Shown: positions 29,017 to 40,350 of the stretch, piece by piece | How positions within the stretch are numbered: position 1 is the first letter of the stretch | Layout: every line of letters starts with the position of its first letter | From: a virus | Strand: one strand, 5' to 3' | Virus record (IMG/VR): IMGVR_UViG_3300031787_000068 | Location: 12,923 to 76,922 of that record | DNA: 64,000 nt | Translations under genes and position numbers: made by a program | Notes under the pieces: model-generated | Database searches by the model: none | What the model was told of the DNA's origin: nothing | What the model saw: the letters and a program-made list of their open reading frames with translations, nothing else

Positions 29017-31218
29017 ATGGCAAAAACCCCTTTTATTAGACCGCTACAAATTCAGGGAGGTACTTTTTATACTTTTAGCTCTGCTGCTGAAGATTTATCT
29101 TTTACTTTTAATAATCCCACTAATAAATTTTCATTTTCTAAATTTGCCTTATTAAATATACCCAATTTCGATACTAGTTCTTCGGAAGCCAATTATGTTA
29201 GATTGAATGGTCCGGATGGAGCTTTTATAGACTGGGCAAATAACACTCAAAAGATAATAACAGGAAATTCTAACATAGATTTTTCTCAGAGTTTTCAAAG
29301 CTACTGTTTAAATCTAGAATCCACCATAACAGGAGATGATAATTATAATAGAGGATTAAAACAAAATGTATCGGAAAGAGTATTCTTTAAATGGCTTAAA
29401 GAAATAGGAGCTATTAGATTTCGTCCTGCTAATTCTAGCGAAGTCTCTCCTGCTTTGGACCAAAATACAGTTACTACTAGCCCCCAGGGATTACCACAAA
29501 CGCAGAAAAGATATGTTGAAGGAGATCAAACTCCAGGAACTACGGGATCTTATGGAATGACAGGACCTACCTATAGTAGAGTTGTTCAGTATGTTGGATC
29601 TATAGACATATCAAATTCAGTAAGTAATAATACAAATGCCTATACGGAAATTTATCTCTATGTTCCTACTGATGCAGGAAATACCCCTACTGTGCTATTT
29701 AAAAACGTAGTAGACCAAAATTATCTTCCTGATTTTTCTTTAACAAATAGCCCAGTAGATCCTCTTAATGCGGAATATCTTTATGGGAGAAACTACACCG
29801 AAAATAACCCTAGCGGGCTAACCAATCTTGCTATATACGATCTCGAGACAAAAAATGTCCCTTCAGCATCTTATATAGATACTGCAATTCCCCCTGTAAC
29901 TATACCAAATAACTGGTATGATAATAGGGGATTAAATAACAGCTATTTAACCGACTCTTCTTTTACAGATCCATCCAATTACATATTAACTAAAACGGAT
30001 AATTCCAATACTCTTACCTATATCAGAAGTAAATTGGATTCTATAGGAATAGATTTTGATCCAGATTCATATAAAGCAATCCTAGATGATACTTCGATAT
30101 CTACTATAGATGAATATAATTCCACTCCAGCTTCTACGGACTTCGAATTTAATGCAGCTTTAGTTTATTATGACGTTTTCGATCCTTCAGATCCTACACA
30201 AAGAGCAACTAATTTATATGGGGTTTTATTCTTGGATGATGTAAATTCTTCCTCGGGAGACATATTTATTCCTAGAACACAAAAAATAAAGCCTAATCCT
30301 ATTAGCAGACTGAATGGTAATTCATTTGCGCTTAAGGTAAATTTAAAATTAGATTCTGATGTAGATCAAGTTGGAGTAGAACAATCTATAAATGACTATT
30401 CTCCTTTTTCTTTATTGATGTTTATGGATGCGATGAATGTTCTTCAAGATTCTAGCGCAACTCTTAACAGATCAGCTTCTCAATTTATAGATTTATCTAA
30501 TAGAGTAACTAATCTGGAAAATCTTGCATTGACTACAGAAACCTCTATAAATTTTAGCACGAGGATAGCAGCTATAGAACAATCTCTTGCAGCTAATCAA
30601 GCTTTATTTAATAATACCCAATCTATACTTAATCTTATAAATCAGAATTACGATTTAACTCGGTCAATTATCAATAACGAAACAAGTGTTGAGGTATCCT
30701 ATAACTTAAATACTATAAATCAAGGACTAGGAATAAATGTAGATAGATCCGTAGAAAATCTAGTAACAATAAACAATACTAGCCAGGATTTTAATATAGG
30801 TGAAAATAAAGGATATGGAATTTTAACCCAAACGGGACAAAACGTAATAGAGCTATTAAATTTCTCAAATTATTTTAAACATATTAATAACGGGATAGAA
30901 ATAAATCTTACCGGTGATATGACTATTAGAATAGATGATACTAAGGTAAAATGGAAAAATGGACAGAGATTTAGAATCTCATTTGGAGATAAAATTTACC
31001 CTCAATCTTCTATAATAACCATTGTAACAGATTCTCAGGGATTATATCCCTTAAGTTCTCCCTCGGGAGGAATTTATTCTACTACGATAGTAGTTTTAGA
31101 CGATTCTGTTTTTCTGGAATGGGGAAATAAACCAGTATTTGATATAGTTTGCATAGACGACCAGAATTTAATATTCCAGGTAGATGCGATAGGAAAAAGT
31201 TTGACAGATAATCAATAA
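29017..31218 (+). CDS. Putative virion structural protein
   Basis: 733 aa in the late operon, with a coiled-coil segment. Confidence 0.65.
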   Translation: MAKTPFIRPLQIQGGTFYTFSSAAEDLSFTFNNPTNKFSFSKFALLNIPNFDTSSSEANYVRLNGPDGAFIDWANNTQKIITGNSNIDFSQSFQSYCLNLESTITGDDNYNRGLKQNVSERVFFKWLKEIGAIRFRPANSSEVSPALDQNTVTTSPQGLPQTQKRYVEGDQTPGTTGSYGMTGPTYSRVVQYVGSIDISNSVSNNTNAYTEIYLYVPTDAGNTPTVLFKNVVDQNYLPDFSLTNSPVDPLNAEYLYGRNYTENNPSGLTNLAIYDLETKNVPSASYIDTAIPPVTIPNNWYDNRGLNNSYLTDSSFTDPSNYILTKTDNSNTLTYIRSKLDSIGIDFDPDSYKAILDDTSISTIDEYNSTPASTDFEFNAALVYYDVFDPSDPTQRATNLYGVLFLDDVNSSSGDIFIPRTQKIKPNPISRLNGNSFALKVNLKLDSDVDQVGVEQSINDYSPFSLLMFMDAMNVLQDSSATLNRSASQFIDLSNRVTNLENLALTTETSINFSTRIAAIEQSLAANQALFNNTQSILNLINQNYDLTRSIINNETSVEVSYNLNTINQGLGINVDRSVENLVTINNTSQDFNIGENKGYGILTQTGQNVIELLNFSNYFKHINNGIEINLTGDMTIRIDDTKVKWKNGQRFRISFGDKIYPQSSIITIVTDSQGLYPLSSPSGGIYSTTIVVLDDSVFLEWGNKPVFDIVCIDDQNLIFQVDAIGKSLTDNQ

Positions 31219-31221
31219 AAA

Positions 31222-34200
31222 ATGGCAGGTACAAATAATAGTATAAGTTCTTTAATAGCTCAGTTTCTTAGACTACAATCTAATGCTTTAGAAATAATAA
31301 ACGGTTTAAATGAAGTAGCTACTTCTACAAATGAATCGGTTACTATACAGATATTAGATGAAAATGGATTACCGAATACCGTAAATGTACCTTCTTATGG
31401 GTATATGAGTGGAGAGATACTAAGACTAAATAACAATGTTAAATCTTTAGCGGGTTTAGGAGATGGAACGGCTACTGTTAGAAATTCAGACGGAACATAT
31501 TCCCAAGTATATAGAAGCAAATCTATAAAAGAGCCTTCTAGAGTTACTGATCTTCAGGTTCCCAGTTCTTTTAAAGTTAAAGACAATTGGTTTTTCGAGA
31601 GTTTTCTAAGTCCCCTTCTTTATGTTAGTATAGACGTAACGGGGAAAATCCCAGAAAATTCTGATAGAATAGTCATTAAGAGAATTATAGCAAACACCGA
31701 AACAGAAGATCAAAAAAACTTTTTTGATTTAAATCTAAAAGGCAAAAATGATATAAGCCATGATGGATTTATTTCTTCCTTAGAGTCATATGGAATTTCA
31801 TATTTTACCGATGAAGATATAGTGGATCTCCCACTTAAAACAATAAGATATGTAGGAAATTTTGGGGTTTTAAATTTTATAGATGATACTGTAAATCAGA
31901 GAGATTCCCAGGGAAATTCCTTTCAAGTAACAGTTAGAAATTATAAATTAACCTCTTTAAATTATACCGATACCTCAAGTACAGTTACCAACGGAGAAAC
32001 TCTAAAAAATGGAGACACTTTATCAACTCCGGACGGAACAAAGTACAAAATAACTTCTGTTAATATTTCGGATTCTACAGTTCAGCTAGAAAGAGTTTCT
32101 GGATTCCAACCTGTTTTATTGGGAAGTAATTCTCTTTCAATCGCACTTGCGGATTTTTCTAATAGATTTGCAGACGTTAATATAGGAAACGATGAAAGAC
32201 AAGGAATATTTTTTAAATCTATAGATGATGATTTTAATATAGTTGCAGCTAACTGGTCAACAGGAGTTACTTTTTGGTCTAGCGAATTAGAAACAGTAAA
32301 TACCGACGGGAATCTAGTTAACCTTTCCACTTATTATAAAGATAGTGTTTCGGACTTCGGAAAACTTTTTATAGGGCTTGCTAAAGAAAATACGGTTACT
32401 GCATTAGAAGGATTAATTCCTAATGTCCCTACTGTTACCGAGGATTCTTTCAAAGTGGTTCAAATAAATAAACAGATAACGGATTCAACTTCAGTAAAAA
32501 ACATAGATGAAAAATTAAAACTTAAGGTCTCCGTAAAAAGCGAAATAGATTCTATAGATCAAGCTCTACAGCAAAATAAGCTACAAATAAGTAATCTTAA
32601 CTCCGGAAAAGCTTCAGGAAAAGGATCTGCATTTTCTACATTTACAGATCAAAAATCTTCTCTAGAGAATAATGTCAAATCTTTAACCGAGGAGAGATCT
32701 AAGAAATCGGAACTTTATGCTTCTTTGGTCAGCGAAGTTTCTACCCTAACTAAAGATGTCCCTCAGCTTTTAGAAAAACCTAAATACAGGATTAGAGGAT
32801 TTTGGCCAATACCGGACCCTAAAGTAAATGGTACTACGAAACAAGAGGTTATTCAATTTATAGTAAGATATAGATACCTTTCCGATTCAGGATCCTCCCA
32901 GCCATCAGATCAAATAGAATATACTGATAAAGACGGTCTTAAGAAAAATGCAGCTTTTTCCAATTGGGTAGAATACAAAACTCCAGAAAGAAAAAAAGTT
33001 TATGATTCTACCAGAGGAATATACGTTTGGGCTAATGAAGATCCTTCTAATGCAAATTCGGTAAATGTAAATCAATTAGATATTCCTATAACAAAAGGAG
33101 AAAAAGTGGAAATACAGATAGCTTCCATTTCTGAAGCTGGGTGGCCTCAAAATCCTCTAACTTCGGATTTCTCCCCTTCTGTTATTATATCTTTTCCGGA
33201 TAATCTTAATGTAAATGGAGCTTCCGATACTTTGATAAAAAATAACGAAGATTCTGCAGTAGTTAAAGTACAGCAGACGTTAAATTCCCAGGGTCTTCCC
33301 CAGCATTTATCTGAACAGTTTACTGATGGATCGGTAACTTATTTCCATAATTCTTCTAATATAGCAAGTGGATTCTATACGTCTTCGGGTTCTGTGATAA
33401 GCCTATTTGATAAAATATCGGAGCTACAAAATCAGATAGAGATATTAAAAGCTCAAATTACTAATACTAAAGGTATTCTTGAAATTTATATTGTTGATCC
33501 TACAAACCAGAAAATTAAAATAACTAGAGGATCTTTAGTTAGTCTAAATTCAGATTTTTACGATAGAATATTCAGTAATCCTTTGACTTTAGACGCAGGA
33601 AAAATAGCTTCTACGACTTACAATATACAACTTCTAAACACACAAACAACCGCAGTAGAATTAGTTTCTATAATTCCAGGAGGACTTGGCCTTAAAGCAC
33701 CTAATGTTATTTCGGCAAGTTCCCCGGTAGGATATAACGAAAATCTGAGATATGGCCAATGTCCTATATCAATAAGCTCTTTACAAATTTCTGAGGTAGA
33801 AGATAATACTTTCTTTAGACAGGTATCACCTTTTGCTTCTTCTAGCTCGTATTCCCAATTCATATACCCTAGATTTAAAAACGTAGGATTAAATGAGATA
33901 CTTTATTGTGCGGTAGATAATAACATTTCTACTAATACTCCAACTGGGGATATCCCAGCAGCTCCAACAGTTTCTGGAGCGTTTACTGATAATTACAGTC
34001 CGACATATGACTATTCTGGAAGTTTACAAACTAATTTTAGCGCATCAGGAACTTACCCTCAGAATGGAACAGTATTAATACCTTATGATCCGGGGAATAC
34101 TCCAGTAGATGCAAGGGGGGGAACTGCTTCCGGAGTATGGAATGGAACCTTTTCCGGAATTACGGGGGGTACACCTAACGGGGGAGGAAGAATTTCGGAA

Positions 34201-34827
34201 TTTTCTATTTCTACTTCCCACCCTTATTTAGAAAGTGTAGGAGGATCTTTTAGTTACACCACATATTCCGAATTAGTTAAACCATATTCTTCGGATACTA
34301 AAGTTTATCCTCCTTTTAGGCACACCCAAACTTTCTGGGGAGATACATCTCTTTCAGATTCTAAAATGCAACAAGGATATAGAGATCCTATAACTTTTGC
34401 TTCCGGGCCTACGGCAGACAGAGAAGATAGAATGTATGCGGATAAATTAGGATTTTCGGTAAACGATGAATATCTAATAGGAAAATATTCTTGTGGGGCT
34501 TATCTTTTCTTGAGCCCGGTAGATTCTGCTTTCTTACAGGTTCCTGGAAGAAGCGCTTTATCTACGGTTTTTCTTGATAGCGGAGAAGTTAATGCTATAA
34601 ATATCCCTTTAATTTTTCAATTTAGAGCAGTTGATAAATTAGGATATATCGGAGGATTTAGAAAATCCGGAAATATTTCTAATATAACATATACAAAGAA
34701 GATAGGAATAGATATCCAAACTAAAAACGAAGACGTTTTTTCTTTTGATGTCCAGGTTACAGGTTCGTATAAAAATGAAACTCTAGTAGCTCCTAATTTC
34801 GATAGTGCAACTGTTAGTAGATCTTAA
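31222..34827 (+). CDS. Putative virion structural protein
   Basis: 1201 aa with two coiled-coil segments; late operon. Confidence 0.65.
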   Translation: MAGTNNSISSLIAQFLRLQSNALEIINGLNEVATSTNESVTIQILDENGLPNTVNVPSYGYMSGEILRLNNNVKSLAGLGDGTATVRNSDGTYSQVYRSKSIKEPSRVTDLQVPSSFKVKDNWFFESFLSPLLYVSIDVTGKIPENSDRIVIKRIIANTETEDQKNFFDLNLKGKNDISHDGFISSLESYGISYFTDEDIVDLPLKTIRYVGNFGVLNFIDDTVNQRDSQGNSFQVTVRNYKLTSLNYTDTSSTVTNGETLKNGDTLSTPDGTKYKITSVNISDSTVQLERVSGFQPVLLGSNSLSIALADFSNRFADVNIGNDERQGIFFKSIDDDFNIVAANWSTGVTFWSSELETVNTDGNLVNLSTYYKDSVSDFGKLFIGLAKENTVTALEGLIPNVPTVTEDSFKVVQINKQITDSTSVKNIDEKLKLKVSVKSEIDSIDQALQQNKLQISNLNSGKASGKGSAFSTFTDQKSSLENNVKSLTEERSKKSELYASLVSEVSTLTKDVPQLLEKPKYRIRGFWPIPDPKVNGTTKQEVIQFIVRYRYLSDSGSSQPSDQIEYTDKDGLKKNAAFSNWVEYKTPERKKVYDSTRGIYVWANEDPSNANSVNVNQLDIPITKGEKVEIQIASISEAGWPQNPLTSDFSPSVIISFPDNLNVNGASDTLIKNNEDSAVVKVQQTLNSQGLPQHLSEQFTDGSVTYFHNSSNIASGFYTSSGSVISLFDKISELQNQIEILKAQITNTKGILEIYIVDPTNQKIKITRGSLVSLNSDFYDRIFSNPLTLDAGKIASTTYNIQLLNTQTTAVELVSIIPGGLGLKAPNVISASSPVGYNENLRYGQCPISISSLQISEVEDNTFFRQVSPFASSSSYSQFIYPRFKNVGLNEILYCAVDNNISTNTPTGDIPAAPTVSGAFTDNYSPTYDYSGSLQTNFSASGTYPQNGTVLIPYDPGNTPVDARGGTASGVWNGTFSGITGGTPNGGGRISEFSISTSHPYLESVGGSFSYTTYSELVKPYSSDTKVYPPFRHTQTFWGDTSLSDSKMQQGYRDPITFASGPTADREDRMYADKLGFSVNDEYLIGKYSCGAYLFLSPVDSAFLQVPGRSALSTVFLDSGEVNAINIPLIFQFRAVDKLGYIGGFRKSGNISNITYTKKIGIDIQTKNEDVFSFDVQVTGSYKNETLVAPNFDSATVSRS

Positions 34828-34837
34828 TAAAATATAA

Positions 34838-37800
34838 ATGGCGGAACCAAAATTATTCGATTATAATTCTTCTTTTTCTGTCCTGAGGACTAATCCCGCT
34901 ATAACGGGAAATTTAAAGATAACGGTAGATTCTAAAGGCGGGGTTTCTTTTAATTCTTTTTCTGCTAATACCCCTCTTAGCTCTAAAAAATTTAAAAAAT
35001 TCAATATAACAGGGAAAAATCCCTTTAACGTAGACGTTTATAATTTTTTTGAGCAAGGGCAAACCCCGATAGAATCTATATTTCAGGTAGCAAAAAAAAC
35101 AAACGGAGAAACTAATACTGCTACTAAATATTCTGGACAATATGATTTTTTTTATGGAAGTGGAGCATCCCTTTTCATAGATCCAAATTACCCAGAATCT
35201 TTTAGTTATCTTTCCCCTTTATGGATTAAAGATGAACTCCCGGATTTTTTCGTTATATTTAAAGTTCCTGGACCTCTTAGTTATTCTTATACCGAAAATG
35301 TAACTTCTATAAATTCTGGTATTTTCTATAAAGTCATAGCTGATTACGATAGTTCTTACATAGACCCGGAAACTAATCTTCCCAACTATAAAATAAGATA
35401 CGGGAAAGATCCTTTAGGGAATGATATCTTTTATTATGACGGATCTATATTTCAAGGTAATATTTCTTACAATTCCTATGATTCCATATTAGGATCTGGG
35501 AAAGTCGTCGTGTTTGATGAACTTTACAATTTATCCAATGTTGATAATGTAGAAAACACTTTTAAAAGTAAAATATTACCTAATGCTACGTCTATTAAAA
35601 CTTTTGATCTAAGAGAAAATACGACAATAGGAAGCTACATAAGATCGATAATAAATAATCCAAATTTTTCAAAATCCCCTATAGACATAAATTGGTCTCC
35701 TAATGGGTATTCTTACTGGAACGGCGTAGACATAAAAAATGGGGTTTTTGGGTCTAAAGGAGAGATACTGTATAACTATTTTAGATCTTCCGAATCTGAT
35801 TCTCTAATAGATTTTGAAAATTATATAACTTCAGGATTTTCTAGAAATGGAATTATATGTCCAAATCTACTTAATTTAGAATTTCTTTTCGATGATGACG
35901 ACTCCGATTTATATACCATAAATAGGTATTTTGGGATGTATGTTTCTAGAAATGATATATCATCTTTAAGAAGTAACGGAAAGTTTTTTTATGAATTTAA
36001 AGATCTTGAAGGGAATGATAATTTACCTAAGCCTTCAAGGGACAATTTAGGGTATTATTACAACACGAAAAATAATCTTTTATCCGCAACTTCAGGAATT
36101 AGATTTTTCTATGAAAACTCTTCTGGATTTTCTCCGGGTTCTAACGATGTAAATATATCGGACGAGTATAAACTTTTTTATCTTACCGATAAAAATGAAA
36201 ATTTTTATAGCTTAAAAAGATCGGAGAATTATGATCCTAATGATTCTTCATCCCCTAATTTTTTTGGTCCCTATGATTATACTACTATGTCTTTTGGGGG
36301 AACTGGATCTACCGGAGCAACTTCTGGTAGTTTATCCCTTCATGATACGAAAATAGATCTTTTAGATTTTACTGGGGTGGGGAGAAAAATAGCTACTATA
36401 AAGGGATCTAAGACGGAAGACCCAGGAAGATCTTACATAGATATAGAATTCTTAAAAGCTTACGATCTTCCTTTTACCCTTACTTTTAAAATATTTTGGC
36501 CTAATGGATCTCAGAAAGAAGGATCCAGAAAATACGATATAGTGGAATCTAAAGATTTATCCTCTATATTTCCTTGGCTAGAGGGAGCTTATTATTCTTC
36601 TGGGGATTCTTATTACTTTAATGCCTTACTAGGTTCGGTTAGCGACATTTCCGGGGCCTTTGCTAATGTTCTAGATGAAATGAATCCTATAAGTTGGGAT
36701 ACGGGATCTAATGAAGGCTATACGATAATCCGAAGCAAAAATACCGGGGTATATGGAAATTCTTCTTTATTCGTAAGTGTTTTTGATGATTATGTTAATT
36801 TCAAATTATCGTACAAAAAAGAGTGGAACAATACGGAAGCTTATTCTTCCGGAGATGTTGTTTTATATTTAGATCGATATTATCAAGCAAATTCTCCTAT
36901 ATCTTCTCCGCCTTTGGGGAATTTTAATTCTTCCCCAAATAATTCTTCTTCTTGGGACCCATACTATACTTTTTCTTCTAGCGGATATCTAAAAATAAAA
37001 GGGGTAGATCCTTCTTCAAGTAATCAAAACTTTAATTTTACCGGAGGAACCAAAACTAAAAACAATAGGTTAGTTTTTTCTAATGAGTATTCGGAACAGG
37101 TTCGGGTAGGGGATTTTATAAAGACTTTAACCGGGTTTAATGAGATAAAAGAAGTAACTAGATATGTAGAATCTCCTGAGATAGATCCCAACAGTAAAAA
37201 AGTAATCTCTTTTAAAGATTTTTTAAGTAAGCTTGTTGTAGAATTTGAAGATGATTATGCTAGAGTTGATTTAGGATCTGATGAGTCTTTTAATACTTAT
37301 TCTACTCCGGACCTTAAAGTAGGGGTTTTTACTTTTTTTGATACAAAAGAATTTGATTTTGATTTTTTCTCCTCCGATTATTCATATAATCCTTTTCCGG
37401 AGACTTATCGATATTATCAAATACAACCCGGGAGAGAAGGTGTTATAGAAGATGGAATTTACTATTTTGTAAAACAGGGTCAAATCATTTACAATTCGGT
37501 TTCTTATAGCAGTGGAGATATTTTTACTGGGGTTTCTGGAGCAAGCTCCTATACGGAAACAAACCCAAACCCAAATTTTCCGGTAGTAGTTTTTCCTTCC
37601 CAATACTCAAATGTTTCTTATGATGGATCTACCTCTTATAGTAATATAGGGTATGAGCCTAACTTAGATTCGTTCAATGGGTTTCTAGGAATACAAAAAT
37701 TAAACCCGGGAACACCCAATTCAACGGATACAAAAACCCAAATATTTTCTTTTGGTAAGCTAGATTTAGAATATGACTATTTACAGGAAAATTATAACCC

Positions 37801-40348
37801 TAGACTTTCTAATTTCTCTAGAATAGTTCCTTTTGTTAATAAATGGGCTTATTCATCTGGAACCGATGGAAGAGGAAATGCTTATAGGTTAAATTCTACC
37901 CCTGCATTTTCTCCTACAAATTTTTCCCCTTCTGTTGATAGGAATAGAAGAGATTCTAAGTATTTAACACATGAATGGTTTTTACTAGAATCTATTCCTT
38001 ACAAATTTCCTATCGAATATATGGGGGATCAAAATAGCTATCTCCCCGAAAAAATAGATTTAAATAAATGTAAAAATGCGGATCCAAATTCTGTAGATTC
38101 CCTTTATCTTCCTTCTTACTTTACTGTGGATCCTTCTGATTACCCAATAGATTTTAGAGACCTTAAAAATTACACCAAAGAGCTATTTACCCCTTTGGTT
38201 TATAATCCAGCAAATCAATACTATGAAACTGTTTTTAGAGGGGTTAAAATAACAATAAAAAAAAGATCGGATATTTCTGGGAACGATCCCGAGGATACTA
38301 ACAGATATGTTCCAGCATATAAAGGATTTGAAGACTATAGATTCTCTGCTATACTTAGAGCTATACCCGAGGATTCTTCTATTATACAGCCTCCTATTAA
38401 ATATGAAATTATAGAGAATTCAACCCAGAAATTTATATTATTTATTTGCGATGTTGTAATTAAAGACCAAAAATCTCTTCCGATAGGGTATACCGGAGGT
38501 ACCGGATCTACTCCAGGATTAGATTATACTTTACTTTATACACTTTCGGATAAAGAAAAATTAACTTTTCCTTTAACTATCGGTGAAGGATTTAATTCTA
38601 TAGACGATATAAAATTAAGTGTTGCTTTAGATCTTTCTCTTTCGTCCGGAAGTTCAGTAAATACAGTAGATCCTACCGGATTCATATATTCAGTTCCAAA
38701 CCCTGATTATAATACGGATTTAAGAGAAGAAATAACAAGAGTTTTTTCCAGAAATACATCAGGAGCTACTTCGGGACCTTCCCCGACCGGTCCTCTAAGT
38801 TTTTATGCCCCTAGTATATCTACGGGTCTTAATTATCCTTGGCCTGTTGGTGTAAATTCAGATTCTATAGAATTTGGAAGGGTAACTACGACCCCCAATT
38901 ACACTTTTAATATACCTTATTCATTCTTAAGCCCGGCAACTGTTCCAGTTGGTCCTTCTTCGATATATAAAAATCAACCAGTTTTCCAGGTAGAAGGAGG
39001 AAATAATTACTATGACGGAATAATGAATAGATTATCTGTCGGCTACATATTTGAAGAATTACAGAAAAAATCCCAATATATTAAATATAAAACATATTCT
39101 TGGGACCCTTTAACTTCTTCTACAGTAGAGACCACAGATTCTTTCGAAATAATTTTCCAGAGACCCGATTTGGTTCTAAAACCAGAAGGATCTTTTCCTG
39201 TAGCTATTTATGATGGTCCAAAAACTTTAGGATCTAACCAGCCTACTGGATATATTTTTGATTCCGACGATAACCCAAATTTAGCTTCTAGTTTAACAAG
39301 GCACTCTGGTAAATATGATCCTATATTTAGAAAGATAATACATTTCGACAGAGATAAAAACGACACGATAACAGGAGATACTTCTATAGATCTTTCTTTT
39401 AGAAACTGTAATTTCTCCCCTTCTAAATATTATTTTGGTATATCTAGAAATCTTTGTTTTACTAAAGTAGATTTAGGGTCCAATATACTTTCAAATAGCT
39501 CTTCTCTTCCGCAGGGAAGTGTTTATCCCCTAGTGGGACAAACCCCTATATCCATAAAAGATTTTAATGTTTTTTCTTCTTCTTGGGACCCTGGATACTA
39601 TGAAAGATTTACACTACCTGAAACTTCTATTAAAGTTGCGGGAACAAGATCGATGGAAGAGTATAAAACATTCATGGGATCTAAGATAATGAAAACTCCT
39701 TTCGAATTATACGTAAATAATTATACTGTTCTTCAGATTTCTAAGAATTCCGGTGACAATTCAGTAAATTCTATAAATCAGAAAATATCTTCTTACATAA
39801 AAGAAATACAGGAAATAAATAAAAATAATAGCGGAACTGGTATAGGGATAGGTGGGACATACCTTTCTGGGATAGATCTTTCTTCTCTTAATCAGGATCT
39901 ATTTCCGGGGGTAGAGGTTTTTTATCAGTATTTTCCGGATTCGAGCAGAGTTTTCGGGATAATGAGATTGGATAGAATTTTAAGAAGATATCTCTTAAAT
40001 TCGGGAATAAAAAATGTTTTTTTAGATAATATAATATCTGAATTTGGAGTAGGGGATCCTAATTCCATAAATGACGATATAAACACATATATAGATCTAA
40101 ATATTTCCCCTGCTTACGAAGGGGGTAATTTCAACCTTTATGTAAAAAAAGTAGCGGCTAAAACAATATCCACCGAAAATTTAGTAGTAGGGGATATTAG
40201 TTCTTATAACAGAGCAACGTCCGGGTATTCTATAAATAATAATTATACATTGACAAAAATAAATAATTTAGTTTATAATTTTACTTTCGATATGGAAAGA
40301 AACTTTAATTATTCATTATCCTTTTCGATACCAATTATTAAAATTTAA
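34838..40348 (+). CDS. Very large putative virion structural protein
   Basis: 1836 aa; includes a carbohydrate-binding-module-like segment WNNTEAYSSGDVVLYLDRYYQA. Confidence 0.65.
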   Translation: MAEPKLFDYNSSFSVLRTNPAITGNLKITVDSKGGVSFNSFSANTPLSSKKFKKFNITGKNPFNVDVYNFFEQGQTPIESIFQVAKKTNGETNTATKYSGQYDFFYGSGASLFIDPNYPESFSYLSPLWIKDELPDFFVIFKVPGPLSYSYTENVTSINSGIFYKVIADYDSSYIDPETNLPNYKIRYGKDPLGNDIFYYDGSIFQGNISYNSYDSILGSGKVVVFDELYNLSNVDNVENTFKSKILPNATSIKTFDLRENTTIGSYIRSIINNPNFSKSPIDINWSPNGYSYWNGVDIKNGVFGSKGEILYNYFRSSESDSLIDFENYITSGFSRNGIICPNLLNLEFLFDDDDSDLYTINRYFGMYVSRNDISSLRSNGKFFYEFKDLEGNDNLPKPSRDNLGYYYNTKNNLLSATSGIRFFYENSSGFSPGSNDVNISDEYKLFYLTDKNENFYSLKRSENYDPNDSSSPNFFGPYDYTTMSFGGTGSTGATSGSLSLHDTKIDLLDFTGVGRKIATIKGSKTEDPGRSYIDIEFLKAYDLPFTLTFKIFWPNGSQKEGSRKYDIVESKDLSSIFPWLEGAYYSSGDSYYFNALLGSVSDISGAFANVLDEMNPISWDTGSNEGYTIIRSKNTGVYGNSSLFVSVFDDYVNFKLSYKKEWNNTEAYSSGDVVLYLDRYYQANSPISSPPLGNFNSSPNNSSSWDPYYTFSSSGYLKIKGVDPSSSNQNFNFTGGTKTKNNRLVFSNEYSEQVRVGDFIKTLTGFNEIKEVTRYVESPEIDPNSKKVISFKDFLSKLVVEFEDDYARVDLGSDESFNTYSTPDLKVGVFTFFDTKEFDFDFFSSDYSYNPFPETYRYYQIQPGREGVIEDGIYYFVKQGQIIYNSVSYSSGDIFTGVSGASSYTETNPNPNFPVVVFPSQYSNVSYDGSTSYSNIGYEPNLDSFNGFLGIQKLNPGTPNSTDTKTQIFSFGKLDLEYDYLQENYNPRLSNFSRIVPFVNKWAYSSGTDGRGNAYRLNSTPAFSPTNFSPSVDRNRRDSKYLTHEWFLLESIPYKFPIEYMGDQNSYLPEKIDLNKCKNADPNSVDSLYLPSYFTVDPSDYPIDFRDLKNYTKELFTPLVYNPANQYYETVFRGVKITIKKRSDISGNDPEDTNRYVPAYKGFEDYRFSAILRAIPEDSSIIQPPIKYEIIENSTQKFILFICDVVIKDQKSLPIGYTGGTGSTPGLDYTLLYTLSDKEKLTFPLTIGEGFNSIDDIKLSVALDLSLSSGSSVNTVDPTGFIYSVPNPDYNTDLREEITRVFSRNTSGATSGPSPTGPLSFYAPSISTGLNYPWPVGVNSDSIEFGRVTTTPNYTFNIPYSFLSPATVPVGPSSIYKNQPVFQVEGGNNYYDGIMNRLSVGYIFEELQKKSQYIKYKTYSWDPLTSSTVETTDSFEIIFQRPDLVLKPEGSFPVAIYDGPKTLGSNQPTGYIFDSDDNPNLASSLTRHSGKYDPIFRKIIHFDRDKNDTITGDTSIDLSFRNCNFSPSKYYFGISRNLCFTKVDLGSNILSNSSSLPQGSVYPLVGQTPISIKDFNVFSSSWDPGYYERFTLPETSIKVAGTRSMEEYKTFMGSKIMKTPFELYVNNYTVLQISKNSGDNSVNSINQKISSYIKEIQEINKNNSGTGIGIGGTYLSGIDLSSLNQDLFPGVEVFYQYFPDSSRVFGIMRLDRILRRYLLNSGIKNVFLDNIISEFGVGDPNSINDDINTYIDLNISPAYEGGNFNLYVKKVAAKTISTENLVVGDISSYNRATSGYSINNNYTLTKINNLVYNFTFDMERNFNYSLSFSIPIIKI

Positions 40349-40350
40349 AT